Shown here: positions 18,353 to 27,380 of the stretch, piece by piece
How positions within the stretch are numbered: the stretch's first letter is position 1
Layout of the letters: each line of letters opens with the position of its first letter
Assembly (NCBI GenBank): GCA_031365375.1
Contig: JANLXZ010000253.1
Span: forward strand, 1-48,129
Direction: 5' to 3'
Length of the DNA: 48,129 bases
From: Hyphomicrobiaceae bacterium
GTDB lineage: Bacteria > Pseudomonadota > Alphaproteobacteria > Rhizobiales > Hyphomicrobiaceae
The notes under the pieces: model-generated
Seen by the model: only the letters and a program-made list of their open reading frames with translations
Database searches by the model: none
Told to the model about the DNA's origin: nothing
Program-made: the position numbers and the translations under genes

Positions 18353-18952
18353 TCAATCTTCCAGTAATTGCCGCCAGTCAGCCTGCAATTCCAGTTTCAG
18401 TGCCCGTCGAGCTCTCGACAGCAAACTCTCGACCGCTTCGTCCGACACACCCAAGGCCCGGCCTACTTCGATTTGGCTCAGCCCTTCGTAATGGAACAGC
18501 GTCAAAGCCAATCGCTGACGATCAGGCAATCCTTTGAGGGCTCGATCGACGCGCCTGCCTAGTTCTGCCGATGCCAGCCCGGTCAATTGATCGGCTTCCT
18601 CAACCTGCTCCGGCACTTCATCGGTTACATCCGTGCGACGGCCCGAACGGATGCGATCGATACTCAAATTCGATGCCACGCGCCGCAACCAAGCACCGAT
18701 TCCGGCCGGACCGATCTCCAATCCCTTGGCTTGGCGCCACAACCGCAGCATCACCTCCTGCGCGATGTCCTCGGCTTCGGCTTCGTCCCGCAACATGCGG
18801 CGGGCCACGCCCAAAACCGAACCCAAATGCCGGTCGACGAGGTGGCGAAAAGCCAACTGGTCACCCGTACCCATTCGCTGCACCAGCACCTGATCGCCAG
18901 CGTCGTCGACTACTACGTTTGCCGGCCCCCGGCCAAGTTTATCGACTAGCAT
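18353..18952 (-). CDS. ECF-type RNA polymerase sigma-70 family factor
   Basis: Region 2 (AFRHLVDRH...DEAEAEDIAQEVMLRLW) and region 4 (LPDRQRLALTLFHYEGLSQIEVGRALGVSDEAVESLLSRARRAL). About 200 aa. Confidence 0.88.
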   Translation of the reverse strand: MLVDKLGRGPANVVVDDAGDQVLVQRMGTGDQLAFRHLVDRHLGSVLGVARRMLRDEAEAEDIAQEVMLRLWRQAKGLEIGPAGIGAWLRRVASNLSIDRIRSGRRTDVTDEVPEQVEEADQLTGLASAELGRRVDRALKGLPDRQRLALTLFHYEGLSQIEVGRALGVSDEAVESLLSRARRALKLELQADWRQLLED

Positions 18953-19080
18953 CTACGACCTGACCGGGCTTGGAGCGACACCGTGGAATTCAGCGCCATT
19001 TTCCGGTTATGTGCCAGCTGCTGCAGCGTCTTCGCATCCTTGTCCAACACAACGAGCATAACCGCACATTTCCGTCGCAA

Positions 19081-22008
19081 TCAAACGATGAGGGCTGCGA
19101 ACCGGCCAGAAACCGCATTCAAAGTTTGCTTAAGATGAGCCTCGAGACGCTCGAAGTCAGGGACATCGGCGACCCGGGCCAACAGTTGTTTAAGTCCTTC
19201 TGGTGCCGCCGCCGGATCGAATCGGCCTTCGAAACACAGCCGCAGGATTTGCGTCAGATCAGCCAGCAATCGCGCCGCAGGCCGCAGGATATCGGCGTCA
19301 GCCGGTGCTAGAACGCCCGCCGCTTCAGCCTGCCCAAATACGTCGGCGGTGCAAGTTGCGAGGATCGAGGGATGCGCGGCTGCATGAATAAGTTGCAGAT
19401 ACTGCGCAATAAACTCCAGATCGACCAATCCGCCGCGGACCTGCTTCAGGTCCCATAAATCCTGCGTCCCCTTTTCAGCGGCGATCATATCGCGCATCTT
19501 TCTGACGTCGGCGGCGATTGCGCCCCGGTCACGTGGCCCGACAAGAGTTGCGTGAATGGCGGATTGGACTTTGCTGCGGATCTCATCGTGTCCCGTGATC
19601 AGGCGTGCACGCGTCAGCGCCATATGTTCCCACGTCCAGGCGCCATGGGCCTGATATTCGATGAAGCTTGCGAGTTGTGTCGCGACCGGCCCCTTTTGAC
19701 CTGACGGACGCAACCGCATATCGACATCGTAAAGCCGTCCTTCGGAAGTCGGCGCTGACAAGGCGCTGATGATCCGTTGCGTCAATCGCGCGTAGTATTG
19801 GCTGACCGGCAAAGGCTTCAACCCATCCGATTGCACTGCACTGGCCCCCTGATCATAGACGACAATGAGATCCAGATCGGACGCGGCGGTCATTTCCGCG
19901 CCTCCGAGCTTGCCCATGGCGACGATCGCAGCGCCACCGCCCTCCACCCGGCCGTGGGTCGCCTCGAAGTCGGCTTCGACCGCTGCCTGCAATCCGCCGA
20001 TCAACTCCTCGGCAAGCATCGAATAGGCGCCGCCCGCCTCCGCCGCCCGAATGCTACCTGCCAGCACGCGAATGCCGACGATGAATGACTGCTCGGCACC
20101 CAATACGCGGGCGCGATCAAGCTTCTCTTGGATGTCCGATGCGTTGTTGAGCTCGCCACGCACGAGGGCCTGGATTTCGGCGCGTGTGGGCAATGCACCG
20201 ATCACCTTTGGATCGAGAACCGCATCGAGCAGCCGGCGGCGATGGCTCAGTATGCTGGCTAGTCGCGGTGCCGACCCCATGATTTGAGCAACCAAATGCA
20301 GAAGCTTTGGATTGGCCCTCAGCAAGCCGAACAGTTGCACACCGGCCGGCAACTCCGCGAGGAACCGGTCGAAACTGGCAAACGCAGCATCTGGGTTGGC
20401 GGTCTGAGCAAGGGCTTCGATCAAGAGTGGTTGAACGACGGTCAGTCTCTCGCGCGCTGCCGCCGACGAGATCGCCCGATAACGGCCGTGGTGCCAGCCG
20501 CGCACGATCGCGATTACTTGCGACGGCTGCGAATACCCCATTCGCCCCAACGCTTCGACGGTCGCTGGATCATCGGCTTCGCCCGCAAACACCATATTGA
20601 CGTCGCCGGTCGTAAGTTTTGGGCTATCCTCAAAGAGCGCCGCGTAATGACCCTGCACCGTCGCCAGCCGCTTTATGAGCGCTTCCGAAAGTCCCGCTGT
20701 GCTCTCAAAACCAGCAAACCGTGCGAACTTTTGCAGGGCCACCTCGTCCGAGGGCAATTCGTGTGTCTGCTCGTCGTTGACCATTTGCAGGCGGTGCTCA
20801 ATGCCCCGCAGAAACTCATACGCCTCGGCCATCTCCTCGCGCACGGGACCAGCGATCCAGTTTCGCGCAGTCAACCGGTCAAGCGCATCCAGGGTCGCGG
20901 GAATGCGTACATCGGGTTGGCGTCCACCGGCAATCAACTGCTGCGTTTGCGCAAAGAACTCGATCTCGCGAATCCCGCCACGACCGACCTTGATGTTGTG
21001 GCCGCCGACGGCTATCTGCCCAAAGCCCCGGAACGCGTGGATTTGCCGCTTCATCGCATGGATGTCAGCGATCGCGGCATAATCCAGATACTTGCGCCAA
21101 ATATAGGGTGAGAGGTCGTTCAGGAATGCCAAGCCAGCGCCAATATCGCCAGCCACGGGGCGCGCTTTGATCATCGCCGCGCGCTCCCAGTTTTGACCGA
21201 AACTCTCGTAATACTGCATCGCGGCTGGCGTTGAGAGCGCGACTTGCGTGGCACCAGGGTCGGGCCGCAATCGCAAATCGGTGCGGAACACATAGCCGTC
21301 ACCCGTGCGCTCCTGCATGAAGCGGACGATTTCTCGCGTCATTCGAATGAAGAACAGCGGCGCTTCGAGGCCGGGCTTCAACCTTGTCTTCGCGGGATCG
21401 TAGAAGACGATGAGATCGATATCGCTCGAGTAGTTCAGCTCGAAAGCGCCGTACTTGCCCATGCCCAATACGATGTAACCAGATGATGCCTCGGGTGCGG
21501 TGTCACCGCGCTCAGCCAACCAATCGCCACGCGCGACCGCCTGAGCAAACAGGAAGCGCAAGGCTGCGGCCAAAGTCGCGTCCGCGGTTCGCGCCAATAC
21601 GTTCGTTACCGTCATAACCGGCCACACACCGCCGAGGTCTGCGACAGCGGTCAAAAGCGCGACATTCGTTTTGAAAACACGCAGCAGGCTCATGAGTTCG
21701 GATGGACTTGCCGTCGTCGCAGACCGGGTTGCGAGATCGGCGCGCCAGTCTTCAAACAGAACTTCAGGTGCATGCGACACGATCGTCAGCACACGCTGTG
21801 GATCGCGCGACAGCAGGCCGCCGAGATAGGGCGAGCCTTCGAAGATCCCGAGCAGCAGTGAACGGACAGCAGGCTCCTCCAAAAGCTGCGGATCATCGAC
21901 ACCGGCAAGAAGGTCGGCGAGCCGTGCCTGCGCTGCTTCGATGCCATCGCCACTTCGTGGATGAGAGACCAATCGTTGCCAGAGCGGGGCCCCACTGAAT
22001 TCGATCAT
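19081..22008 (-). CDS. glnE: Bifunctional glutamine synthetase adenylyltransferase / adenylyl-removing enzyme
   Basis: 975 aa with two nucleotidyltransferase halves (GMGKYGAFELNYSSDIDLIVFYD and AMGKLGGAEMTAASDLDLIVVYD), each followed by YxVDxRLRP-type motifs (VFRTDLRLRPDPG, LYDVDMRLRPSG). Confidence 0.93.
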   Translation of the reverse strand: MIEFSGAPLWQRLVSHPRSGDGIEAAQARLADLLAGVDDPQLLEEPAVRSLLLGIFEGSPYLGGLLSRDPQRVLTIVSHAPEVLFEDWRADLATRSATTASPSELMSLLRVFKTNVALLTAVADLGGVWPVMTVTNVLARTADATLAAALRFLFAQAVARGDWLAERGDTAPEASSGYIVLGMGKYGAFELNYSSDIDLIVFYDPAKTRLKPGLEAPLFFIRMTREIVRFMQERTGDGYVFRTDLRLRPDPGATQVALSTPAAMQYYESFGQNWERAAMIKARPVAGDIGAGLAFLNDLSPYIWRKYLDYAAIADIHAMKRQIHAFRGFGQIAVGGHNIKVGRGGIREIEFFAQTQQLIAGGRQPDVRIPATLDALDRLTARNWIAGPVREEMAEAYEFLRGIEHRLQMVNDEQTHELPSDEVALQKFARFAGFESTAGLSEALIKRLATVQGHYAALFEDSPKLTTGDVNMVFAGEADDPATVEALGRMGYSQPSQVIAIVRGWHHGRYRAISSAAARERLTVVQPLLIEALAQTANPDAAFASFDRFLAELPAGVQLFGLLRANPKLLHLVAQIMGSAPRLASILSHRRRLLDAVLDPKVIGALPTRAEIQALVRGELNNASDIQEKLDRARVLGAEQSFIVGIRVLAGSIRAAEAGGAYSMLAEELIGGLQAAVEADFEATHGRVEGGGAAIVAMGKLGGAEMTAASDLDLIVVYDQGASAVQSDGLKPLPVSQYYARLTQRIISALSAPTSEGRLYDVDMRLRPSGQKGPVATQLASFIEYQAHGAWTWEHMALTRARLITGHDEIRSKVQSAIHATLVGPRDRGAIAADVRKMRDMIAAEKGTQDLWDLKQVRGGLVDLEFIAQYLQLIHAAAHPSILATCTADVFGQAEAAGVLAPADADILRPAARLLADLTQILRLCFEGRFDPAAAPEGLKQLLARVADVPDFERLEAHLKQTLNAVSGRFAALIV

Positions 22009-23471
22009 TGAAGCCCATCCCTGCTGCTACGCAGTGACGAGGGCAGCGCAATCACCACACGCAGACCCGGTGCGTTGTCCTCGATCAGCATCCTCCCACC
22101 GTGCAAATGGGCAACGGCGGCAACCAGGCTCAATCCCAATCCTGTTCCGGGTCTGGTCCGGCTCTGATCGAGACGCACAAAGCGTTTGGCGACGCGCTCG
22201 CGATCGTCCAGCGGAATGCCGGGTCCCCTGTCTGCAACCGTAATGCGTATGTCTTGCTCGGACGAGGTCAAACCAACGCTGATCTCAGCGTCTTCGCCCG
22301 CTGATGGCACGCCGTACTTGATCGAATTGTCGATGAGATTTGCAATTGCCTGCCCGATCAATTGGCTATTGGCCCTGACCGTCAGTGGTGCGCCGGTCCC
22401 ATGGCTCAGTCGCTGACCAGCTTCCTCGGCGACCGGCTCGTACAGCTCCGCCACGTCGTGCATCAGTTCATTGAGGTCGAACGTTTCCGAGCTGTTCTCG
22501 ACGGCGCCAGCTTCAAGTCTGGCGATCAACAGCAGCGCGTTGAATGTCTGGATAATGGCGTCGGCATCTTCAATGACACGGGCAAGCCCGTCCGCATGGG
22601 CGGCGCTGCCCGTGGTGTCTCGCATCGCAGCTTCCGCCCGGCTGCGAAGGCGGCTGAGTGGCGTTTTCAGGTCATGTGCAATGTTGTCCGACACTTCGCG
22701 CATCGCACTCATAAGTTGCTCGATGCGATCGAGCATCAAGTTGAGATTGGCGGCCAGATGATCGAACTCGTCGTCGGCGCCCGACAACGGAATGCGGCGG
22801 GACAAATCGCCCGCCATGATGGTTCTGCCGGTATCGGTAATCTGCGTTACGCGCGCGAGCATCAACCGGCTGGCGATCAGACCGCCAGCCAAACCGATAA
22901 GACTGAGCAATCCAAAGCCGATCAGGAACAACCGCCGGATCCGATCGATCAGCTGGCTCTGGTCATCCAGGTCGCGCGCAACGAGCAAGCGCGCACCACC
23001 GGGGAGCATGACCGGGACCCCGACCGCCGAATGACCGGATCCTTCACCGGTGCCGAAAGCAAACGTACCGCCTTGCGGTTTGTCGATTAATTCCACGGGC
23101 CAGCGTTCGAGATTGCCGGCGAGCTTGGTACCCGCAGCATCGAGCAAAAGCAGCAGAGGCGCGCCCGGTCCAGTGGTCTTTGATCTGGCCGCGACTGCAC
23201 CGACGAGGGTTTGCGCGCCACCGCCGCGCCAAACCTCTTCCAGCGCCAGGCGATCCTGCGAAAGCCCTTGTAACACGTGCCGCGTGAGGAGGTTATTCGT
23301 CTGCCAGAATAGGACGCCGACAACGATTGCTGCCGTCGTCACGAAGGCCGCAACCACCAATGCGGTGACGCGGAACGCCGACGTACCGAGCAATCGCGCC
23401 CCCACGCTCTGGCGTTCTGCACCGAGTTTGGGCACCGCTATGGCTGTTGATTGTTCAGACAGAGCCATCAC
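22005..23471 (-). CDS. Sensor histidine kinase (two TM, periplasmic loop, HAMP, HisKA, HATPase_c)
   Basis: H-box SDNIAHDLKTPLSRL, N-box NLIDNSIKYG, G1 VADRGPGIP, G2 GTGLGLSLV. Its stop overlaps the glnE ATG. Confidence 0.88.
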   Translation of the reverse strand: MMALSEQSTAIAVPKLGAERQSVGARLLGTSAFRVTALVVAAFVTTAAIVVGVLFWQTNNLLTRHVLQGLSQDRLALEEVWRGGGAQTLVGAVAARSKTTGPGAPLLLLLDAAGTKLAGNLERWPVELIDKPQGGTFAFGTGEGSGHSAVGVPVMLPGGARLLVARDLDDQSQLIDRIRRLFLIGFGLLSLIGLAGGLIASRLMLARVTQITDTGRTIMAGDLSRRIPLSGADDEFDHLAANLNLMLDRIEQLMSAMREVSDNIAHDLKTPLSRLRSRAEAAMRDTTGSAAHADGLARVIEDADAIIQTFNALLLIARLEAGAVENSSETFDLNELMHDVAELYEPVAEEAGQRLSHGTGAPLTVRANSQLIGQAIANLIDNSIKYGVPSAGEDAEISVGLTSSEQDIRITVADRGPGIPLDDRERVAKRFVRLDQSRTRPGTGLGLSLVAAVAHLHGGRMLIEDNAPGLRVVIALPSSLRSSRDGLQ

Positions 23472-24135
23472 GCAGCATGTATCCAGCGCCGCGCACGGTG
23501 TGCAACAGGGGCCGCTCGAAACCTTTGTCGATTTTACTCCTGAGACGCGAGACGTGCACGTCGATCACATTGGTTTGCGGATCGAAGTGATAATCCCACA
23601 CGTTTTCCAATAGCATCGTTCGGGTTACGACCTGACCGGCGTTGCGCATCATATATTCGAGCAATCGATACTCGCGCGGTTGAAGCACGACCGGCTCGCC
23701 CGCCCGCGTGACCCGATGGGCCAAACGATCGATGATCAGATCGGCGACCTGATAGCGTGTTTGCGTCTCTTGCGGTTCAATTCTTCGGACCAGGGCCTCG
23801 ATGCGTGCAAGCAATTCGGTAAAAGCGTATGGCTTGGTCAGGTAATCGTCGCCGCCGGCTTTCAGGCCTTTCACGCGATCGTCGACGGCACCCAGCGCCG
23901 ATAAAAACAGCACCGGCGTACGCACCCCTTCAGCTCTCAATGTTTTGACGAGGCTCAAGCCATCCTGCTTGGGCAGCATGCGGTCGACAATTAGTACGTC
24001 GTGACCACCGTCTCGAGCGGCAGCCAAGCCATCATCTCCATCGTGAGCGAGGTCGGCGGTGTGGCCGCTTTCCTTTAGGGCCTTTTGCAGGAACAAGGCC
24101 GCCTCGTTATCATCCTCTATGATCAGAACACGCAT
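23455..24135 (-). CDS. OmpR/PhoB-family response regulator
   Basis: Receiver domain (MRVLIIEDD...DVLIVDRMLP...YLTKPY) plus a winged-helix output domain (LQPREYRLLEYMMRNAGQVVTR...IDVHVSRLRSKI...TVRGAGYML). Confidence 0.92.
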   Translation of the reverse strand: MRVLIIEDDNEAALFLQKALKESGHTADLAHDGDDGLAAARDGGHDVLIVDRMLPKQDGLSLVKTLRAEGVRTPVLFLSALGAVDDRVKGLKAGGDDYLTKPYAFTELLARIEALVRRIEPQETQTRYQVADLIIDRLAHRVTRAGEPVVLQPREYRLLEYMMRNAGQVVTRTMLLENVWDYHFDPQTNVIDVHVSRLRSKIDKGFERPLLHTVRGAGYMLRDGSV

Positions 24136-24267
24136 CGTTTACATCCAATGGGCAATCCGTTTCATCCCACATCAGCATAACATGAACGGCAAAGGGTGCG
24201 CCGTTTTCCCGGAAACATCGGAAAACAGCACACCCCTATCTAGTTTGCCCTTCGATCGAGCCAGGGA

Positions 24268-25857
24268 CTAGCTCTTCTTGGTGACCATTTTTACCGAAAC
24301 AACGCGACGCTGATCGCCCGACTTTACAGTAATCAACACGCTCGGGCGGCCAGCATCCTGGGCCTTTTTGACCGCTGTCTCGATGTCAGCGGACGTTCCA
24401 ACGGCCTGACTATTAACCTCGATGACGACATCGCCGGTGCGCAGGCCTTTGGTGGACGCATCGGACTCAGGGTCGACCTCGCCGATCGGCACGCCATCCT
24501 TGGTCGCCGCTTTTTGATTGAAGCTCAGGCCTAGAGGTCCGAACTCCGCCGCTGTTGGCTGCGTGGGCTCGACTTTTGCTGCAACTTCGGTTGACCCGGG
24601 AAACTTGCCAAGTTTGACCTTGATGGTTTCCTCCTTTCCGGCTCGCAACACTCTCACGTCGACACCCGTGTCAGGCGCAAACTCCGCAATCTTGCGCGCC
24701 AACTCCCGGCTATTGCCGACCGCGGCACCGTTGACCGACTGGATCAGGTCCTGCGTCTTCAAGCCCGAAGCAGCGGCCGGACCACCGACGGTCACCTCGT
24801 TGACGAGCGCGCCCTTGGCATCCTTCACACCGATGCTGGCCGCAATATCCTCGTCGACGTCTTGGATCTTCACACCAAGCCAGCCACGGCTGACCGACCC
24901 TGAGCTCTTGAGCTGGTCGATCACTTCTGTCGCAATCTTTGCTGGTACGGCAAAGGCGATGCCGACGTTGCCACCATTTGAACCGGGGCTGTAGATCGCG
25001 GTATTGACGCCGACGACTTCGCCGTCGAGATTGAACGTCGGACCGCCCGAGTTGCCACGATTCACGGCAGCATCGATTTGCAGGAAGTCGTAGGGGCCAG
25101 AGCCGATATCGCGGCCGAGCGCCGAGACGATGCCGGCTGTAACCGTGCCGCCGAGACCAAACGGATTGCCGACAGCCAGCACCCAGTCGCCGACCCGGCC
25201 CTGGTTCTTGGCAAACTTCACAAATGGGAAGGTCTTGCCGGTCGTCTTGATTTTGAGCAATGCAAGATCGGTGCGCTGATCGCTGCCGATAAGCGTCGCC
25301 TCGTACTTGTTGTTCTCATCGAACGCCACGTTAATCTTCGACGCGCCATCAATCACGTGATTGTTGGTTACAACGAACCCGTCTTCAGAAATTACGAAGC
25401 CCGAGCCCTGCGACAATGTTGGGCGAGGCAATACTGGTCCGTTGCCACCGCCACCGCCAAATTCACGCGGCAACTGATCGAAGAATTTACGGAGCGCATC
25501 TCCCTCCGGACCCTCTGGGATCATATCCTGAGGGCCACCGCGACCTGAACTGGGCGGACGTTTCCCGGGAACATTGGGTTGGTTGCGAGCAATCTTGGCG
25601 CCGCCCCCGGTCACTGAAATGCTGACAACCGACGGTTTGACCTTCTCTACGACGTCAGCAAAACTTAGCGGAGCCCGCCCAAACGGCATTTGGACGCTAT
25701 CGGGAGCTTTTTGCTGGGCGACGGCCGGGCCCTGCGGAGCTGCGGCCAACAACGCCAGCATGCTAATGCCGGCGAGTGTTCCCAATGAGTGCGACGCCGA
25801 CTTCGTCTGACGTGGCGCGGAAGTTGCTTTCATGTGGATCAGGTTCGTGGACGACAT
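24268..25857 (-). CDS. degP: Do/DegP/HtrA-family periplasmic serine endoprotease with two PDZ domains
   Basis: Signal peptide; catalytic His (VVTNNHVI), Asp (DLALLKI) and Ser (GNSGGPTFN); two PDZ-like regions. AAAGG lies 7 nt upstream of the ATG at 25857. Confidence 0.92.
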   Translation of the reverse strand: MSSTNLIHMKATSAPRQTKSASHSLGTLAGISMLALLAAAPQGPAVAQQKAPDSVQMPFGRAPLSFADVVEKVKPSVVSISVTGGGAKIARNQPNVPGKRPPSSGRGGPQDMIPEGPEGDALRKFFDQLPREFGGGGGNGPVLPRPTLSQGSGFVISEDGFVVTNNHVIDGASKINVAFDENNKYEATLIGSDQRTDLALLKIKTTGKTFPFVKFAKNQGRVGDWVLAVGNPFGLGGTVTAGIVSALGRDIGSGPYDFLQIDAAVNRGNSGGPTFNLDGEVVGVNTAIYSPGSNGGNVGIAFAVPAKIATEVIDQLKSSGSVSRGWLGVKIQDVDEDIAASIGVKDAKGALVNEVTVGGPAAASGLKTQDLIQSVNGAAVGNSRELARKIAEFAPDTGVDVRVLRAGKEETIKVKLGKFPGSTEVAAKVEPTQPTAAEFGPLGLSFNQKAATKDGVPIGEVDPESDASTKGLRTGDVVIEVNSQAVGTSADIETAVKKAQDAGRPSVLITVKSGDQRRVVSVKMVTKKS

Positions 25858-26009
25858 CCGGCGACCTTTCTGGAGCGGGTGAAATTACAGACCGCGGGAG
25901 ACAGATTTGCCGCGTTGCACCGGATATAGAGAGCGTTGCCTTACGGCAGCCTTGCTGTGGAATTAACCTTTTGTAATGGTAGCGGTGCCGATCCGAGGGG
26001 AGTGCCGTC

Positions 26010-27104
26010 TTGGGCAAGTATCGCGTCATGCGTTTGTGGTTCAATATCCTTGCGAATTTGCTGCTCGCCGCTGTTTTTGCGAGCGTGGTCACGATGCCGA
26101 TCGTGCAAGCGGCCGTTTTCGGACCTGACGAGCGCCGCCCACTGCCGCAGCGCCACAAACCGTTAACGCGCTCGATCGCCCTACTGTTCAACGTCAAATC
26201 GAAGACGGTCTGCTCGGCGTTCTGTGTTGCCGACAACATCATCGCCACCGCCGGCCATTGCTTGTTTAAAACGGCTGGTGAAGCCCCGCTCGATGCCAAC
26301 GATTTTCACTTCGGACAACCCAGTGCCAGAGCCGGCGAATTCGCTCGCGTGGCTGGCTCCCGCAATGGCACGGCGGCGCAAAACGTTCGCGCCGGAACGA
26401 CCCGACTGAGCACAAAACCCCCGATCGATGCTGCCCACGATTGGGCGCTTGTTCGGCTCGACCGTCCTGCATGTCGCGGGGCCGTATTGCCAGTCAGACC
26501 GATGCCATCGACCGAGATTGTGATCCAGGCCGCGGCAGGCCAAGTTTTCCAGGCAGCCTTCCACCGCGATCGCCTGCCATGGAAATTGACGTACGCTGGA
26601 CCGTGCAACGTGGCGCCGACTTTTGACAAGGTCGATCGCCATCAGATTGAAAACGATTTTCGCACGCCCGAGCGCTTGCTGCTGCACCGGTGCGATACCG
26701 CCGGCGCTTCGTCCGGCTCGCCATTATTACTCGATACCCCCAGCGGCCCGGTCGTGATCGGGATCAACGTCGGGACCTATGTACAATCGCGGATCGCCGT
26801 CGAGGACGGCGCGGTCATGTTCCGCTCGAAGCCGGAGCCGATTGCCAACACCGCTGTCAACGCGTCAGCCTTCGCGAGCGAAATCGCGGAATTTGCAACA
26901 ACCCCGCACCGTCAGGATTTCGTCAGTCGCTCAAGCCGGGCAACTTCGTCGGCCGAAAGTGGCTCGGGCGGCTCAGTGGCGGTAGGTGCGCGCCACGTCC
27001 GCGCGAGCAGTAAACCGGCGAATGCGAGTAGCAACATTGGCGTCGCCCAGAGTAGAAACGTCGACCGCTCGAGCGGCGGACGCAACAGCACGAACGTGCC
27101 GTAA
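26010..27104 (+). CDS. Secreted trypsin-like (S1 family, V8/Glu-endopeptidase-like) serine protease
   Basis: Signal-peptide-like N-terminus; His box IIATAGHCLF, Asp box HDWALVRLDRP, Ser box CDTAGASSGSPLL. The TTG at 26010 has GAGGGGAG upstream, and the ATG at 26028 is an alternative start. The last ~64 codons are low-complexity and lie antisense to ccmH, so the true 3' end is uncertain. Confidence 0.7.
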   Translation: MGKYRVMRLWFNILANLLLAAVFASVVTMPIVQAAVFGPDERRPLPQRHKPLTRSIALLFNVKSKTVCSAFCVADNIIATAGHCLFKTAGEAPLDANDFHFGQPSARAGEFARVAGSRNGTAAQNVRAGTTRLSTKPPIDAAHDWALVRLDRPACRGAVLPVRPMPSTEIVIQAAAGQVFQAAFHRDRLPWKLTYAGPCNVAPTFDKVDRHQIENDFRTPERLLLHRCDTAGASSGSPLLLDTPSGPVVIGINVGTYVQSRIAVEDGAVMFRSKPEPIANTAVNASAFASEIAEFATTPHRQDFVSRSSRATSSAESGSGGSVAVGARHVRASSKPANASSNIGVAQSRNVDRSSGGRNSTNVP

Positions 27105-27376
27105 CGCGCAACCACAAAATCCAACACGCGCTCATTGCTATCGCCAGCTTTGAGACGCTCACGGACGATCAAGCGCAAATCGCGGGCAAGGGGCGCGTTA
27201 CTGTCATCGATCGACTGGTTTTGACAGACGAGGCAACGAAGTTCGCTCGACAGATTGCGCGCCCGCGCTTCAAGCCGCGCATCAGCGAGGATTTCATCGG
27301 GCTCGACCGCGGCGGCCGGCGACAGAATCGCCACCGCAATCAACAGCCAACTCGCGATCGTCACAAGGCAGCTCAT
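26912..27376 (-). CDS. ccmH: Cytochrome c-type biogenesis protein CcmH (CycL)
   Basis: Signal sequence, the LRCLVCQNQSIDDSNAPLARDLR motif (CxxC), and a C-terminal TM helix. The ATG at 27376 follows the ccmF stop. Confidence 0.88.
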   Translation of the reverse strand: MSCLVTIASWLLIAVAILSPAAAVEPDEILADARLEARARNLSSELRCLVCQNQSIDDSNAPLARDLRLIVRERLKAGDSNERVLDFVVARYGTFVLLRPPLERSTFLLWATPMLLLAFAGLLLARTWRAPTATEPPEPLSADEVARLERLTKS

Positions 27377-27380
27377 TGCG

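Noticed and set aside
19000-19020. TGGCAC on the minus strand upstream of the ECF sigma gene, resembling the -24 element of a sigma-54 promoter.
   Set aside because: The required TTGC(-12) element at the correct 5-nt spacing is absent (the sequence reads TGGCACataacCGGAA). I also found no convincing GGAAC-N16/17-CGTT ECF promoter.
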